Shown here in pieces: positions 53,131 to 64,000 of a stretch of DNA of 64,000 nucleotides (its first letter is position 1; every line of letters starts with the position of its first letter). The position numbers and the translations under genes were made by a program. The stretch covers positions 13,082,001-13,146,000 of the forward strand of contig CM120646.1 in assembly GCA_051362555.1 (NCBI GenBank), read 5' to 3'. The DNA comes from Lingula anatina (taxonomy: Eukaryota > Animalia > Brachiopoda). The notes under the pieces are model-generated. The model saw only the letters and a list, made by a program, of their open reading frames with translations, was not told where the DNA came from and did no database searches.

Positions 53131-54125
53131 ACCCTTTGAGATATAGTTGTAAAACAATTAAAAGTGTATAGGCCCTAAATGAAGATTAAAGATGTATCCC
53201 GAATACTTATCAAATGAGTCTTGACAGGTGCTCGTGCTGGTAAACTGCTTTCGTATCGATCATTATTCAGACTTGCCAAATGAAAATTAGGTAAATCTAA
53301 TGACTAAACTAATGTAAATGAGTTGGGGTAGGTCACACAGTGCAGAATGAAAAACACCCCCTATTAACAAAACTATATGTATAATACATTGTATACTTAC
53401 CTTATATATGCATGTAATCTTGATCTTGAAGTTGGGGGGAAGGCATACACTTTTGACGAAAAAACGTATAAAGTATAACTTCTGACTTCTGTTGAAAATC
53501 TATACCTACCTCATTAAAATCTTCAAATATAGTTTACATATGTGAGTCAGAAATTTCCGCAAGTTCTGGTGCAATTCGAAACTAGCCACACAATTCACTC
53601 CACCTGTCCACCCTCGTGATAAAATTGCGGGATTTCCAATGAAAATAGGTCAGGCGAACTCTCGCAAAACGAGAGACATAATTGGTGCTTCGGTATTAAA
53701 TTTAAGTTATATTTTCATTATTTCATGCAACCATTGCCCCAATAAACTGAAAACCTTATTTGTGATCACACTGAACTTAAGAAATGTATCATTTGAAGGC
53801 CCAATCCGCATGTCACATGATTTGTGCCACATGACTAACCAAACCAGTTCAAGGTCAGTAGTTTGCTGCTTAGGAGGAAAGTGTGGATCATAGAACCTTT
53901 TGTGAAATTTGAGGTTAGTATGTAACTTTTTAGAGGGAATTGAGGTGTTTATTTAATTGAAGGACGGCAAAAATGACTGTTTTATTAGCTGGTGCTGCGC
54001 GGGAGTAAATTTGCGCTGATTTTGACAACTTCCAAGATTTTCCGTTGAGACTGAGAAACCAAAGAGTGTGCGGGATTTTCCTTTAAAAATTGAAAACATT
54101 CATTGGTTGGCAATCAGTTTTAGCA

Positions 54126-55232
54126 ATGAAAACGACCTACAATTTCTGGCTTCTTGTTGTTGGGGGGCTTTTGGTTACGTTGTTCATAAACTTCCTATGG
54201 TCACCCTCGACCACCAAAAAGACGCCAAGGAAGAGTGAATACAATGCGTTCACAATTGTGAGAACAGCCTCTACCACCAAACCAAGAGATTCGCCACAAT
54301 TTGCTTACCTTATTCAAGGTGCGTCTGTTCACCCTGTAAAAAATCTCATAGCAACACAGAATCGGGAAATAATATGGTTGACGTACAGGGACCAATCGGG
54401 GGATATTTACTTTCCCAATAGCACCTTAGCTGAGGGTCGTAACCGACTACTGAAGGAAGCGGTAGACCGTGCGTCCGAGAAAAAAGATGGGGGCTATCTA
54501 TACTACGTATTTCTCGATGACGACGTGTTAGTCGAAACTGTTCAGAACACAAGTTTTGGGGCAGTTTTACCGGAAAACTCTTATGATCGTTTTGAACTCT
54601 TTTTACTGGATTTTCTGCCGGCGGTGGGCTACCCAAGACCCACGAATATGAAGACTAAACCAACTGATACAGTTGGCATAGCTTACAACTTTGATGCAAT
54701 GATCAACGCGTACCATCGCCACACCATTTCTTTCATGCTGCCACTCGTAGAGGATTTAGATCACTTGTCATGGTGGTTTCCACAATGGTTTGTCATTCAT
54801 GTTTCTGCAATGTTTTATAATTCATACCGTATGTACACCCACACCGTATATAGGATAAACCCTAGACCACATTGGAAGAATAAGGTGAAGGGAGCGTACC
54901 CAGCTTCCGGTGATTTCACATTACCGCGAGATTATATGCGCACATGGTTTATTAAGGACACAATAGTTGATACCATGAACATTGGCAACGTTTCTTTGTT
55001 ACAAACTTTTAAAAAACCGGCGATGTATTCATTCATTAATGGAATGGCGAGGCGGAAGGGAAATATGGAGTACAGAGTTTCTACGGAGTTCATAACCACT
55101 GTATTCGGCACGTCCCATCCGGCCATTAAGCGGATTTTGCGTTGGAGAAATCAGCCCAAAGTGAGGAAGATTCTCTATGGGGAGGACAAGGACGAACCTA
55201 AGTTCATCCCAGATGTCCTCCCCTTGCATTAA
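54126..55232 (+). CDS. Glycosyltransferase-like type II membrane protein GTL4 (368 aa), intact counterpart of pseudogene GTL1
   Basis: TM helix, FPNSTLAEGRNRLL, YLYYVFLDDD. Its 3' half and 3' flank are nearly identical to those of GTL1. Confidence 0.85.
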   Translation: MKTTYNFWLLVVGGLLVTLFINFLWSPSTTKKTPRKSEYNAFTIVRTASTTKPRDSPQFAYLIQGASVHPVKNLIATQNREIIWLTYRDQSGDIYFPNSTLAEGRNRLLKEAVDRASEKKDGGYLYYVFLDDDVLVETVQNTSFGAVLPENSYDRFELFLLDFLPAVGYPRPTNMKTKPTDTVGIAYNFDAMINAYHRHTISFMLPLVEDLDHLSWWFPQWFVIHVSAMFYNSYRMYTHTVYRINPRPHWKNKVKGAYPASGDFTLPRDYMRTWFIKDTIVDTMNIGNVSLLQTFKKPAMYSFINGMARRKGNMEYRVSTEFITTVFGTSHPAIKRILRWRNQPKVRKILYGEDKDEPKFIPDVLPLH

Positions 55233-55367
55233 GTCATGCAATGCTGTTGACGTTATTTAGTGCTATTATTAAGTGCCTGCATGTAACTAGTAATGTAATA
55301 TATCTGCCGCCTACTACTTCAGTGAACCAACAGCCGTTTAGTGGTTCCTAGTGGACAGTAACTGTTA

Positions 55368-55887
55368 ATGCCCCTATTTCACACAGACCACGAATCCCAC
55401 GAATCGCCAGGAATTGACAAATTTCAGGATTCGTGAGATTTTGCCAATTTTCTGGTTTAATTCGACACGCTGTACGATTCAGTTACGATACAGGTGCGGT
55501 AGTGTTACGAATATTCGTGGGATTCGGCTGGATTCGTGAGATTTTGCCAATTTTCTGGTCTAATTCGACACGCTCTACGATTCAGTTACGATACAGGTGC
55601 GGTAGTGTTACGAATATTCGTGGGATTCGGCTGGAATCACACGAATATTGTCCGGAAATTCACTATTTTTCACTATTTTTTGGAATCGGGAGTTCGTGGC
55701 CAAAATTTTGAACAGCTCCAAAATTTGGCCACGAATTCCCGATTGATCAAGAATTGCAAGAACTGACCACGATTATATACGAATCTGTTAAGAACTTCAC
55801 GAACTGATTACGATTCAACCACGAATCCTGAAATTTGTCAATTCCTGGTCATTCGTGGGATTCGTGGTCTGTGTGAAATAGGGGCAT
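55368..55887. mobile_element. MITE inserted at a TA/TTAA site downstream of GTL4; contains a 103-bp internal tandem duplication
   Basis: TIRs ATGCCCCTATTTCACACAGACCACGAATCCCACGAAT and reverse complement. The empty site CTGTTAAGATGTC is at ~30700. Confidence 0.9.
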
Positions 55888-56671
55888 TAGATGTCGTACG
55901 TATTTAATCTCCAGTATTATAATTATTTGTAAAGAAGCTTAAGAGTTTTGGTAGCACGATAAGTATTTTAATAAAGCTTTACAGAGCTCCGATAAGGAAT
56001 TTTACTGTTTGCTTTAATTACATGGTTTGGTGGTGCAACGGAGGAAGACAAATGGAAACATATTAATTGTTAAAAGTACCAAGTTCTGATCCGTGACTTG
56101 TACACTACGGCAAGGTTAAATATCATTCATTCTTGCGTGCTGAGCTGTTAATTTAATTTAATTATTTTTATTTTAATTTTTTTACTTTAATTTTTTTATG
56201 GGAATGTTTTAAGTTGCATTATTTTTACAACAGATGTCATGAAATATAAGCAAGTATAACTGCACTTAGTCGAGAATAATCTGAAGACTGACTGATTTTT
56301 TTCTTTTGGTCTTCATTCCCAAATCAAACGTAAAGAGTAAAGACTGAAAGAAAAGTAGAATGATATTAGTAACAGAATCACAAGTATAACGTAAACTTAA
56401 TTGAAAACATGAAAACTGGGTGCAAACACAAATAGTGCGAAGAAAATGGCCTAAAGTAACAAAACTAATACGGAGATAATGCTAAAACCTGAACGAAATA
56501 CCTAGATAGCGTATAAGAAAAAAGAAATCAAAATGTTATCAGGAAGTTAAGTCGAAGAAGTTACCTTAACGTTGAACGAAACAAAACTTGTTTCTCGACC
56601 GAATGTACAAGCGTTATAAAACCCACTCTACAGGTGCACGGCGCAGAAGTAGAGTGAAGTTTGAAAACAAG

Positions 56672-56674
<3 letters not shown>

Positions 56675-56736
<62 letters not shown>
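56675..56736. repeat. (TA)n microsatellite, expanded relative to the paralogous site at ~31445
   Basis: Seen directly. Confidence 0.95.
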
Positions 56737-56737
<1 letters not shown>

Positions 56738-57044
56738 GGTTAGATAGAGAGTACTGCTTACCAGTATTTTGGGTGGTGCAGAGGCATGTGACTATGCAAT
56801 AAGTACTGTGTTGTGCACCGTAACGTTTTAATTAGGAGGGGTGGAGAGAAGAAAGAGCAAGTATAAAGGGCAGACGCCAAACACATTCTTAACAGGATGT
56901 AGGCATCTCACCTGAACATACAGGTACTATCACCAAAAAAGACATCCAAAAGAACATGTTTATCCCGTTTAATTAAAGAAAAAAGAGAAAAAGAAATAGA
57001 AATAGAAGTTATTGAGGAAAAATACAAAATCAAAAATATATACA

Positions 57045-57230
57045 TGTAACCCCACTTGTGCTCTACATCTAGCATTGACTGTAAATCCTCCTCATTCTTG
57101 GCCAAAAGCACAACGTCATCTGCATAAAAGAGCAAACAAATCAGCACATCATTAACATTAATGCCCTTACCCATGCACCATATCATTAATATAAATGTCA
57201 AAGAATAAAGGTGACAGCATAGCCATTCAG
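57045..57230 (-). mobile_element. Non-LTR retrotransposon reverse transcriptase fragment
   Basis: GINVNDVLICLLFYADDVVLLAKNEEDLQSML, containing the YADD motif. Confidence 0.85.
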
Positions 57231-57513
57231 AAAAAAAATCCTGGCATCGAATTGCAGTGCTCATTCTTTTGATTAAATTTGTGTTGAAACGGCGTTGATG
57301 TTGTACATATTGATCCGTATTCCATAAAAGCGTCACAACTCCTTTCCATATACATATATCACTTGCTCTACCGACACGTACCCAACAGACCGTTTAGCAT
57401 TTATTCTTTGTATCCATGAAAGGTGCGGGGCCAAAGGTTCAAATTGCTTGTAAATAGGTGTTCATTTTACGTACCATGTACCTGCTGTATGAGGTCGTCT
57501 TTTCTTCACATAA

Positions 57514-60500
57514 GGCCACACTTTTTTATTTTTATGGATGACATCCTGCACGCGCACCGATTTTCGCCCGTTCTCCGAAAAAAAAAATCCCCCCCCCAGC
57601 CCCCAACGAAGTCGGTTGTCGCAAACGTCGTTATTAAATTTGCCAGGAAATGAGCTTTCTGCGCATGCGTATTATCGCCACGTGGAAATGTGGCCGTTTT
57701 GCCGTCAAATTCATCTCTAGGATTACTTTCAAATTACACAATGAAAGTCATAAAGAGAACAGGCGCCGTCGTTTTGGATTGGTATTGGGCATGGAGACAT
57801 CACCTTTTTACAATTGTGCGAAAGGCTGGCGGCAGCCAGCGATTATCGCCCAAAAAATTTCTGTGACATTCTGTACAAAGCAGCACATACATGTACCAGG
57901 TTTTCTGTAGCGAAAAAAGGGTCGACAAGGGCGTCGAGGTATTTGGTGGGCTGAAGGTCGGACAGGCCACCTGGCAGTTTGGCTGCTTCGTGTGAGTCGA
58001 AGTAGACAAAATGGCATCGTCCGAAATGACCTTTAATAGATTTGGTAGTATTAAGCATATCTTTGCATCATTTTTAAACATTTCTGTGAAGTGTTCAAAA
58101 TGCTTTAATATTCTGAGAATACAAATAAAAACACACTGTTTGTTTGATATTTGTTTTATTGATTGCTATACCAACAAATTGCATGAAATAACCTTAAATA
58201 GATTTGGTAATATGCAGCATATCTATTCATGACTTTTTTTTACATTTCTACGAAGTATTCACAATGCTTTAACAGTGATACAGAAACTTCATGTGAAAAG
58301 AGAGACATGTGTCTCCCGTTTCATAAAAATATGAGACACAAGGTTCAAAACAAGGGACACATCATAAACACCATTTTTTATTTCCATAAAACAAGTTTTA
58401 TTCTTAAAAAAAAAAAAAAACATTTGCTCCTTGAAACACTCTTAGGCATGATTACCAGAAGTGCCATTATTCATGTCATGTCAATGTAGTAATGTCAGTA
58501 AAGTAATGTAAAATCATTACACCACAAATGACAAGTATGTTGATGGCAATGTGGTCAAACAGGAATGCGTAATACTGAAGGAATTGGTCCTGGCAAACAC
58601 TTACAGTTATGACAGTATGAAAGAACTCTGGGCAATTATCAACATATTTCATAAGAACAATTTCCCGAACTTGTGCAAATTGGCTGGCATAGCACTTGCC
58701 CTCCCAGTGCATACTGCAGACGTAGAACGTGGCTTTAGTGCTCAAAATATAATCAAATCTAGCCTTAGAAATAGACTGATCAGTGAAAATTTACAAATGT
58801 TGATCGCCATAAAACTAAATGGCCCCCTTTCTCAGGATTTTGACTTCGGAAGTGCTCTTGGTGTGTTTAAAGCAAAACGACAAAGGCATTTCTCATGAAC
58901 ATTGCTGAAACAACATTGCCAAAGATTGCCAAGAGCAATACAATGCATCTAGACTGTTAAAAAGCTAAATCAACGAACAGAATGTACTTTCTTTATCCTG
59001 ATCTTGGGAGCATCTAATACATGATACATGAACTCCCGGTAGGTCTTCAAATATGGCACTCCATTGGCTGCTTGGCTAGACACCAGTGCAAGTTGGTGAG
59101 CAATGCAGTGCAGTTGAATGAGCTGTGGATTTCTCTCTCTTTCTAGTGTTGTACCGACTCCATTGTGTTTTCCGGTTATAACCTGATGAGATAAAGATTG
59201 AAATTAATTTTTCCATATCAACATCTGATGAACTAACCAATATTTTAAAAAATTTAAACTATTAATTTATTTCATTATTAAAAAGTTTCCAAACTATTTT
59301 ATATTTTGGAATTTTTCATATATATAACAGACTGACAGTAATAATTATAATCATGACTAAATAAAATTCATGAATGAAATTTTTAATATTTATTCTATTT
59401 ATTGTTTCCTTGTAATATATTACATATCCAGTACATTATTTAATTTATTCTATTTATCAACTTCACACCAGTTGTTTTATATTTATTTTTTCTTGATAAT
59501 ATTATGCAATACTGACCGATGCACCGTCACTTCCTAGTCCTACTACCTTATCAGGCGGCACTTCAAACTTTGTCAAGAGATTTTTGACAGATGTTGCAAT
59601 GGTGTCTGCTTTCCCATCCAGTATTTCACAATTCTCTAAGAAAATGGTCTCTGGTTTACAGCCTGATGATATCCTCGCATACACACTTAGTTTTTTTGTA
59701 CTAGTAATGCCACATGGTTCATCACAAAGCACAGAGATATAGTCGACATCTGTCAGCTTTTCTCTCATATCTCGTAGAATCACTTCGTATATACTCTCTT
59801 GAAAGTATTTGGCAATACTGTAGGATTGGTAGCTTTTTGCAATTGGCACAAGAGCACTGCAGCCTTGCTGTATCAAAAAATCAACAAAATCTGAGAATTG
59901 GATGTTGCTATGTCCTGCTTTGCCAAGAAATATATTGTTCGTAGAGCATGGATTATGGCACTGTCGTTCTCACTAAACTCATTTTTTACCATTCTCGATA
60001 GAGTTGACCTTGAGATTTCATCTTGTACCGACTGGCGATGGTCAGCTGCTGAAGCATGCCGCTCCAAAGTCGTGGTTCTGAAGTTGCTACAGCCTTTGGT
60101 AAAAACGTTCTTTTTTTGGCTTTTTACACATAGTGTGCAAAACATATGGTTGTCTTTGTGTTCTAGCCATGTCCATTTAGATTTCCAAGCTTCATTGAAC
60201 ACTCGTTTGACACGTTTTCGAGGCAAACAAGCATCCGACTGGTCACGAGGTTCAGTTTCACTGTCACTTTGCTCCGCCATGTGCGAGGAGGAAAATTACG
60301 GTGAATGCAAGAAGAAGCATGATTCGCTGAATTCGCAAGCGTTGCTAAGCGCTATAACTGAAAGGTGCGATGTGATTGGCTGTTGAGCCCCACTCAGTTT
60401 CAGGTGATATTGCGCACTCACTGAACGATTTTTACTTTGTTAAACTGTTTGGATCATTCCTGATTTTTATTTTTCTGATTTCCTGGTCGCAAAGGTGATG

Positions 60501-60833
60501 CTATTTTTGCGACAATGGCCGCATGTTTGGTCGCATTACGATCGTTTTTTATGAGACAATAATGAAATTTATGGGTCAAATGTCGCAAAGTCGCGCCGTT
60601 TCTGTATCGCTGAAGGCTTTAATATTTTGAGAGCATGGATAAAGACATTGTTAGTTTGCTACGTGTTTCTGTGGTAAAATTTGTGTTTCCAGCTGTGTAC
60701 TGACAGCATTCCTTTACTTAAGCAGTATTTTTTTTTTTTTTTGGACTGTTTTTTTTTTTTTTTTTTTTCGCCCTCTCGCACCGATTTTGGGGTACCCAGA
60801 GGATGTCATCCATAAAAATAAAAAAGTGTGGCC
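57514..60833. mobile_element. PIF/Harbinger-like non-autonomous TIR element (TAA target-site duplication) carrying a nested hAT element
   Basis: TAA|GGCCACACTTTTTTATTTTTATGGATGACATCCT ... AGGATGTCATCCATAAAAATAAAAAAGTGTGGCC|TAA, perfect 34-bp TIRs. The empty site is at ~37113. Confidence 0.88.
58273..60612 (-). mobile_element. Degenerate hAT transposon (ZNF862/ZMYM-like transposase) with an internally inverted C-terminal segment
   Basis: TIRs CAG(T/C)GATACAGAAAC. Minus strand: TTF-type zinc-finger region (FNEAWKSKWTWL..MFCTLC...H), CDE, LGSDGASV, an intron at ~59183-59515, HCIAHQLAL, stops and frameshifts. Plus strand 58551-58898: hAT dimerisation domain (FPNL..LA..ALALPVHTADVERGFSAQNIIKSSLRNRL). 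Confidence 0.9.
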
Positions 60834-60836
60834 TAA

Positions 60837-60945
60837 CGGACATTTGCACACACCACTATACCAGCCAAAAGCAAGCTTATGACGGTGAGAGATAGAATTT
60901 ATTATACTTAGACTATAATATTAAAGGTGAAGATGGACATGCTTT
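60837..60945 (+). repeat. Relic of sulfatase 2 exon 14, upstream of GTL5
   Basis: GAGATAGAATTT...CTATAATATTAAAG|GTGAAG with the donor at 60927; paralogous to 37145-37206. Confidence 0.7.
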
Positions 60946-61769
60946 AGTTTTTTTTTTTTTTTACTTTTTTAACTTCCACTTCAGATTAAGATGAAATTTT
61001 TTCTGACATTTTTTTTCTGTAAAGACGTTATTGCCCTTACGGACGGTACATGTACATTTAGGTTTAGCTTTGGACACAGGAAGGTAGGCTTAGCTTTTTT
61101 CTCAGACTAATTGTGTTGCCAACTTCGGTCATTATCGAGCATTCGGCTTGTCGGGCTTTAGAGATGGTGCTGCTTTACTGTTTGTAGCATGTCAAATCAT
61201 TTTCTGCGAAATCGCAGATGTTCATGAGAGCAAAAGTGTTACGATTGGATGTATGAAAAACTCAGTTATATCCTTTTAGTGTCAAATGATGGACATAAAT
61301 TAGTACTCGATTTCCCTCGCTTTCTTGCCAGTGCTACCTTGCTACCAATAGTACTATTTGCAAAAGTAAAAAGCATACTTTGAATCTCCGCAGCAATGAA
61401 CTTTTTAAGATGCACATGATGTATCAAAGCAATTCAATTAACTTGGCATTAAAGAACGTAATCATCTTAGAGAGTATTCAGAAGAAGATCCGCGGACTAA
61501 CAAATCCGCGGATCAAATATGGCTGACCAACATTAAAGCAGAGCTGACTAATCTGCAGATGGGTCTCCCCGCCTCCACACCCGCCGTCCCTGCAGGGGTC
61601 TAGCAATTAAATATCGAAGCCATGATCTAATCCGTTTAATGGCGTATGTGTAGGCGGGGAGACCATCAACGGATTAGTCTGCTCTTCTTTCATGTCGGGT
61701 CGGTCATATTTAGTCCGCAGATCATCTGTTCTTAATGCTCTAAGATGCCTTAAATGATAGCTTATACCT

Positions 61770-61825
<56 letters not shown>

Positions 61826-62777
61826 AGATTTGCTATACACCCTGCACTTATTTGTTTGTTGGATCGCTCAAATGTAAACTGTGTTTTGTTAGGTAGGTGA
61901 CATTAAACAATGTTGTTATATGAAAATATGAAACAGAAAGGGTCACCAACTATAATATAAGTCCATTTTCATGCTGCCATATATTATTGCACCTGCAAGT
62001 ACATGTAGTAAATGTTTTAAAGATGAATTTAAATTCATCACTTCGTAATATAATATAATAATACTTATGTTTATTTGCAACTAAAAATTTAAAAATTGAA
62101 AGATTTTGTGCGATCTCCCGAACAAGAATTGAAGGGTGATCACCCGCTGTTAAGCGCCTCCCTCAAGCGTGACCGGAGTTGACATCGAACAATAGGCCCC
62201 TCGTAATTACCCGTGCGTTTTCTATATTTTTTATATTTGATATAAAAGGCAATCCTAAATAATTTCGACTTTGAAATTTTAGAACAGTTTTTGAGGTCAA
62301 CAATATATGATTGCAATGATATATGATTCTGCGATATATGACTATGAATATCGATGGGGCAATGATAGCAACCCCTTCTTTACTTTTTTCTAAACTGGCT
62401 GTCATAGCACAAGAAAGAGAATAATAATCATAACTTGACCTTGGGGTAAATCCCAAAATAACTGGTTCAATTCGTTTTCTAACCAATCAAGGTGACAGCC
62501 TAGCTGACATAGTACATCGAAATGGGGGTGGGACAACATTTTTGACCAATGTTGTAAATAGTTATATTCACTAAATGAGAATGAAATTAATAAAATTGTT
62601 CACTAATAGTGTTAAGATGAAATAAAACAAGGTACTACATGTATGAGGATATTTAAAATACATTAAGCTAAAGATTCATTTAAAATATGTTAGATCACCC
62701 CTTAAAAGGATTCGGTATATTTGAAGATGTAAAATTTCCCAATGCATATTTTGCAGGCGATTCCTCATACCGAAGGC

Positions 62778-63902
62778 ATGAAGACTACCTTCAAACTCTG
62801 GCTTCTCCTTGTTGTTGGAGGGCTTCTGGTACCACTGTGTTATATTTCACTTCTTCGGGCACCGCCGCCAATCAAAGAGATGTCAAAGACTAGTGAATAC
62901 AACAATCCTTCTCCTAGATTGGAGAGCACAACATTTACCACCGAAACAAAAAATTCTCCACAGTTTGTCTACTGTATCCAAGGTGCGACAATGCATGCTA
63001 TACAAGGACTCAATGCTACACCTGATCGGGACATAATCTGGCTGACGTACAAAGACAGAACAGGGGACGTGTACTTCCCCAATAGTACCCTCGCCATGGG
63101 TCGGAACAAACTGCTGACAGAAGCGATTGACCGTGCGGCCAAATGGGATGATGGTGGCTATTTATACTACATTTTTCTCGATGATGACGTGTTGTTACTT
63201 TCTGAGCCTGATCAGGAACGTTGGTGGATGACAGATTTACCGGACAACCCGTATGATCGTTTAGAGCTGTTTTTACTAGATTATCAACCCGCAGTGGCCT
63301 ACCCAACACCGAGGATGAATCGCCCCAAGCGCCCGGCTACAGTGGGTATCAGTTATAACGTTGATGCAAATATCAATGCATATCATAGGCACACAATTTC
63401 GTTTATGCTGCCACTCATAGAGGATTTTGATCACGTGTCCTGGTGGTTCCCACAGTGGTTTGTCATTCATACTTCTGCCATGTTTTATAACTCGTATCGT
63501 ATAATTTGCCACGCTGTGCACGTGAGGAACTCGAGGCCACACTGGAAGAATAAGGAGAAAGGTGCCTATCCCGATTCTGGTCATTTCTCGATCGCGCAAG
63601 ATTACATGCGCTCATGGCTTATCAAGAACATGACAGTTGATACAATTAACCTGGGCAGGGTTTCTTTGTTACAGACTTTTCAGAAAAGCCCAATGTATTT
63701 TTATATCAAAGGAAGTGCGACTCGGAAGGGAGATATGGAGTACAGAGTTTCTACGAAGTTTATAACCACTGTATTCAATACGTCCCATCCTGCCGTTAGA
63801 CGGATTTTGCAGTGGAGAAACCAGCCACACGTGAAAAAGATTCTTTATGGGGAGGACGAGGAAGAACCTGAGTTCATCCCAGATGTCTTCCCCTTGCACT
63901 AA
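62778..63902 (+). CDS. Glycosyltransferase-like type II membrane protein GTL5 (374 aa), near-identical paralog of GTL3
   Basis: Same motifs as GTL3; acceptor TTTTGCAG ending at 62756. Confidence 0.85.
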   Translation: MKTTFKLWLLLVVGGLLVPLCYISLLRAPPPIKEMSKTSEYNNPSPRLESTTFTTETKNSPQFVYCIQGATMHAIQGLNATPDRDIIWLTYKDRTGDVYFPNSTLAMGRNKLLTEAIDRAAKWDDGGYLYYIFLDDDVLLLSEPDQERWWMTDLPDNPYDRLELFLLDYQPAVAYPTPRMNRPKRPATVGISYNVDANINAYHRHTISFMLPLIEDFDHVSWWFPQWFVIHTSAMFYNSYRIICHAVHVRNSRPHWKNKEKGAYPDSGHFSIAQDYMRSWLIKNMTVDTINLGRVSLLQTFQKSPMYFYIKGSATRKGDMEYRVSTKFITTVFNTSHPAVRRILQWRNQPHVKKILYGEDEEEPEFIPDVFPLH

Positions 63903-64000
63903 CTAATGTCATGCTGTGGTATTAGTCGTACATACGTCTTTGACATTTAGTGCTAGCAGTACTTGCATGCTCTAATGCTTATGCTGATCAATCTGACTCA

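Overview
AT-rich, intron-rich eukaryotic DNA, most consistent with a marine invertebrate (taxon is inference). From left to right: (1) a minus-strand secreted protein gene running off the left edge, built from three MAM domains that each have a fibronectin type II (FN2) exon inserted inside them; (2) two tandem, apparently intact arylsulfatase B/I/J-like genes of 14 and 15 coding exons; (3) five paralogous single-coding-exon type II membrane proteins with a GT-A-like 'GRN...YYVFLDDD' signature, one of them a pseudogene, arranged in two segmentally duplicated blocks; (4) a small 3-exon single-pass membrane protein with three PPxY motifs; (5) many TIR elements and MITEs, including a hAT element nested in a TAA-flanked Harbinger-like element, a degenerate Tc1 and LINE fragments. 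The most striking observation is that a copy of arylsulfatase-2's 54-nt penultimate coding exon, with its upstream intron, lies in front of every glycosyltransferase-like copy. This suggests the array borrowed its promoter or 5' exon from inside the sulfatase gene. Exon boundaries were read by eye from splice signals and phase; no database searches were possible.
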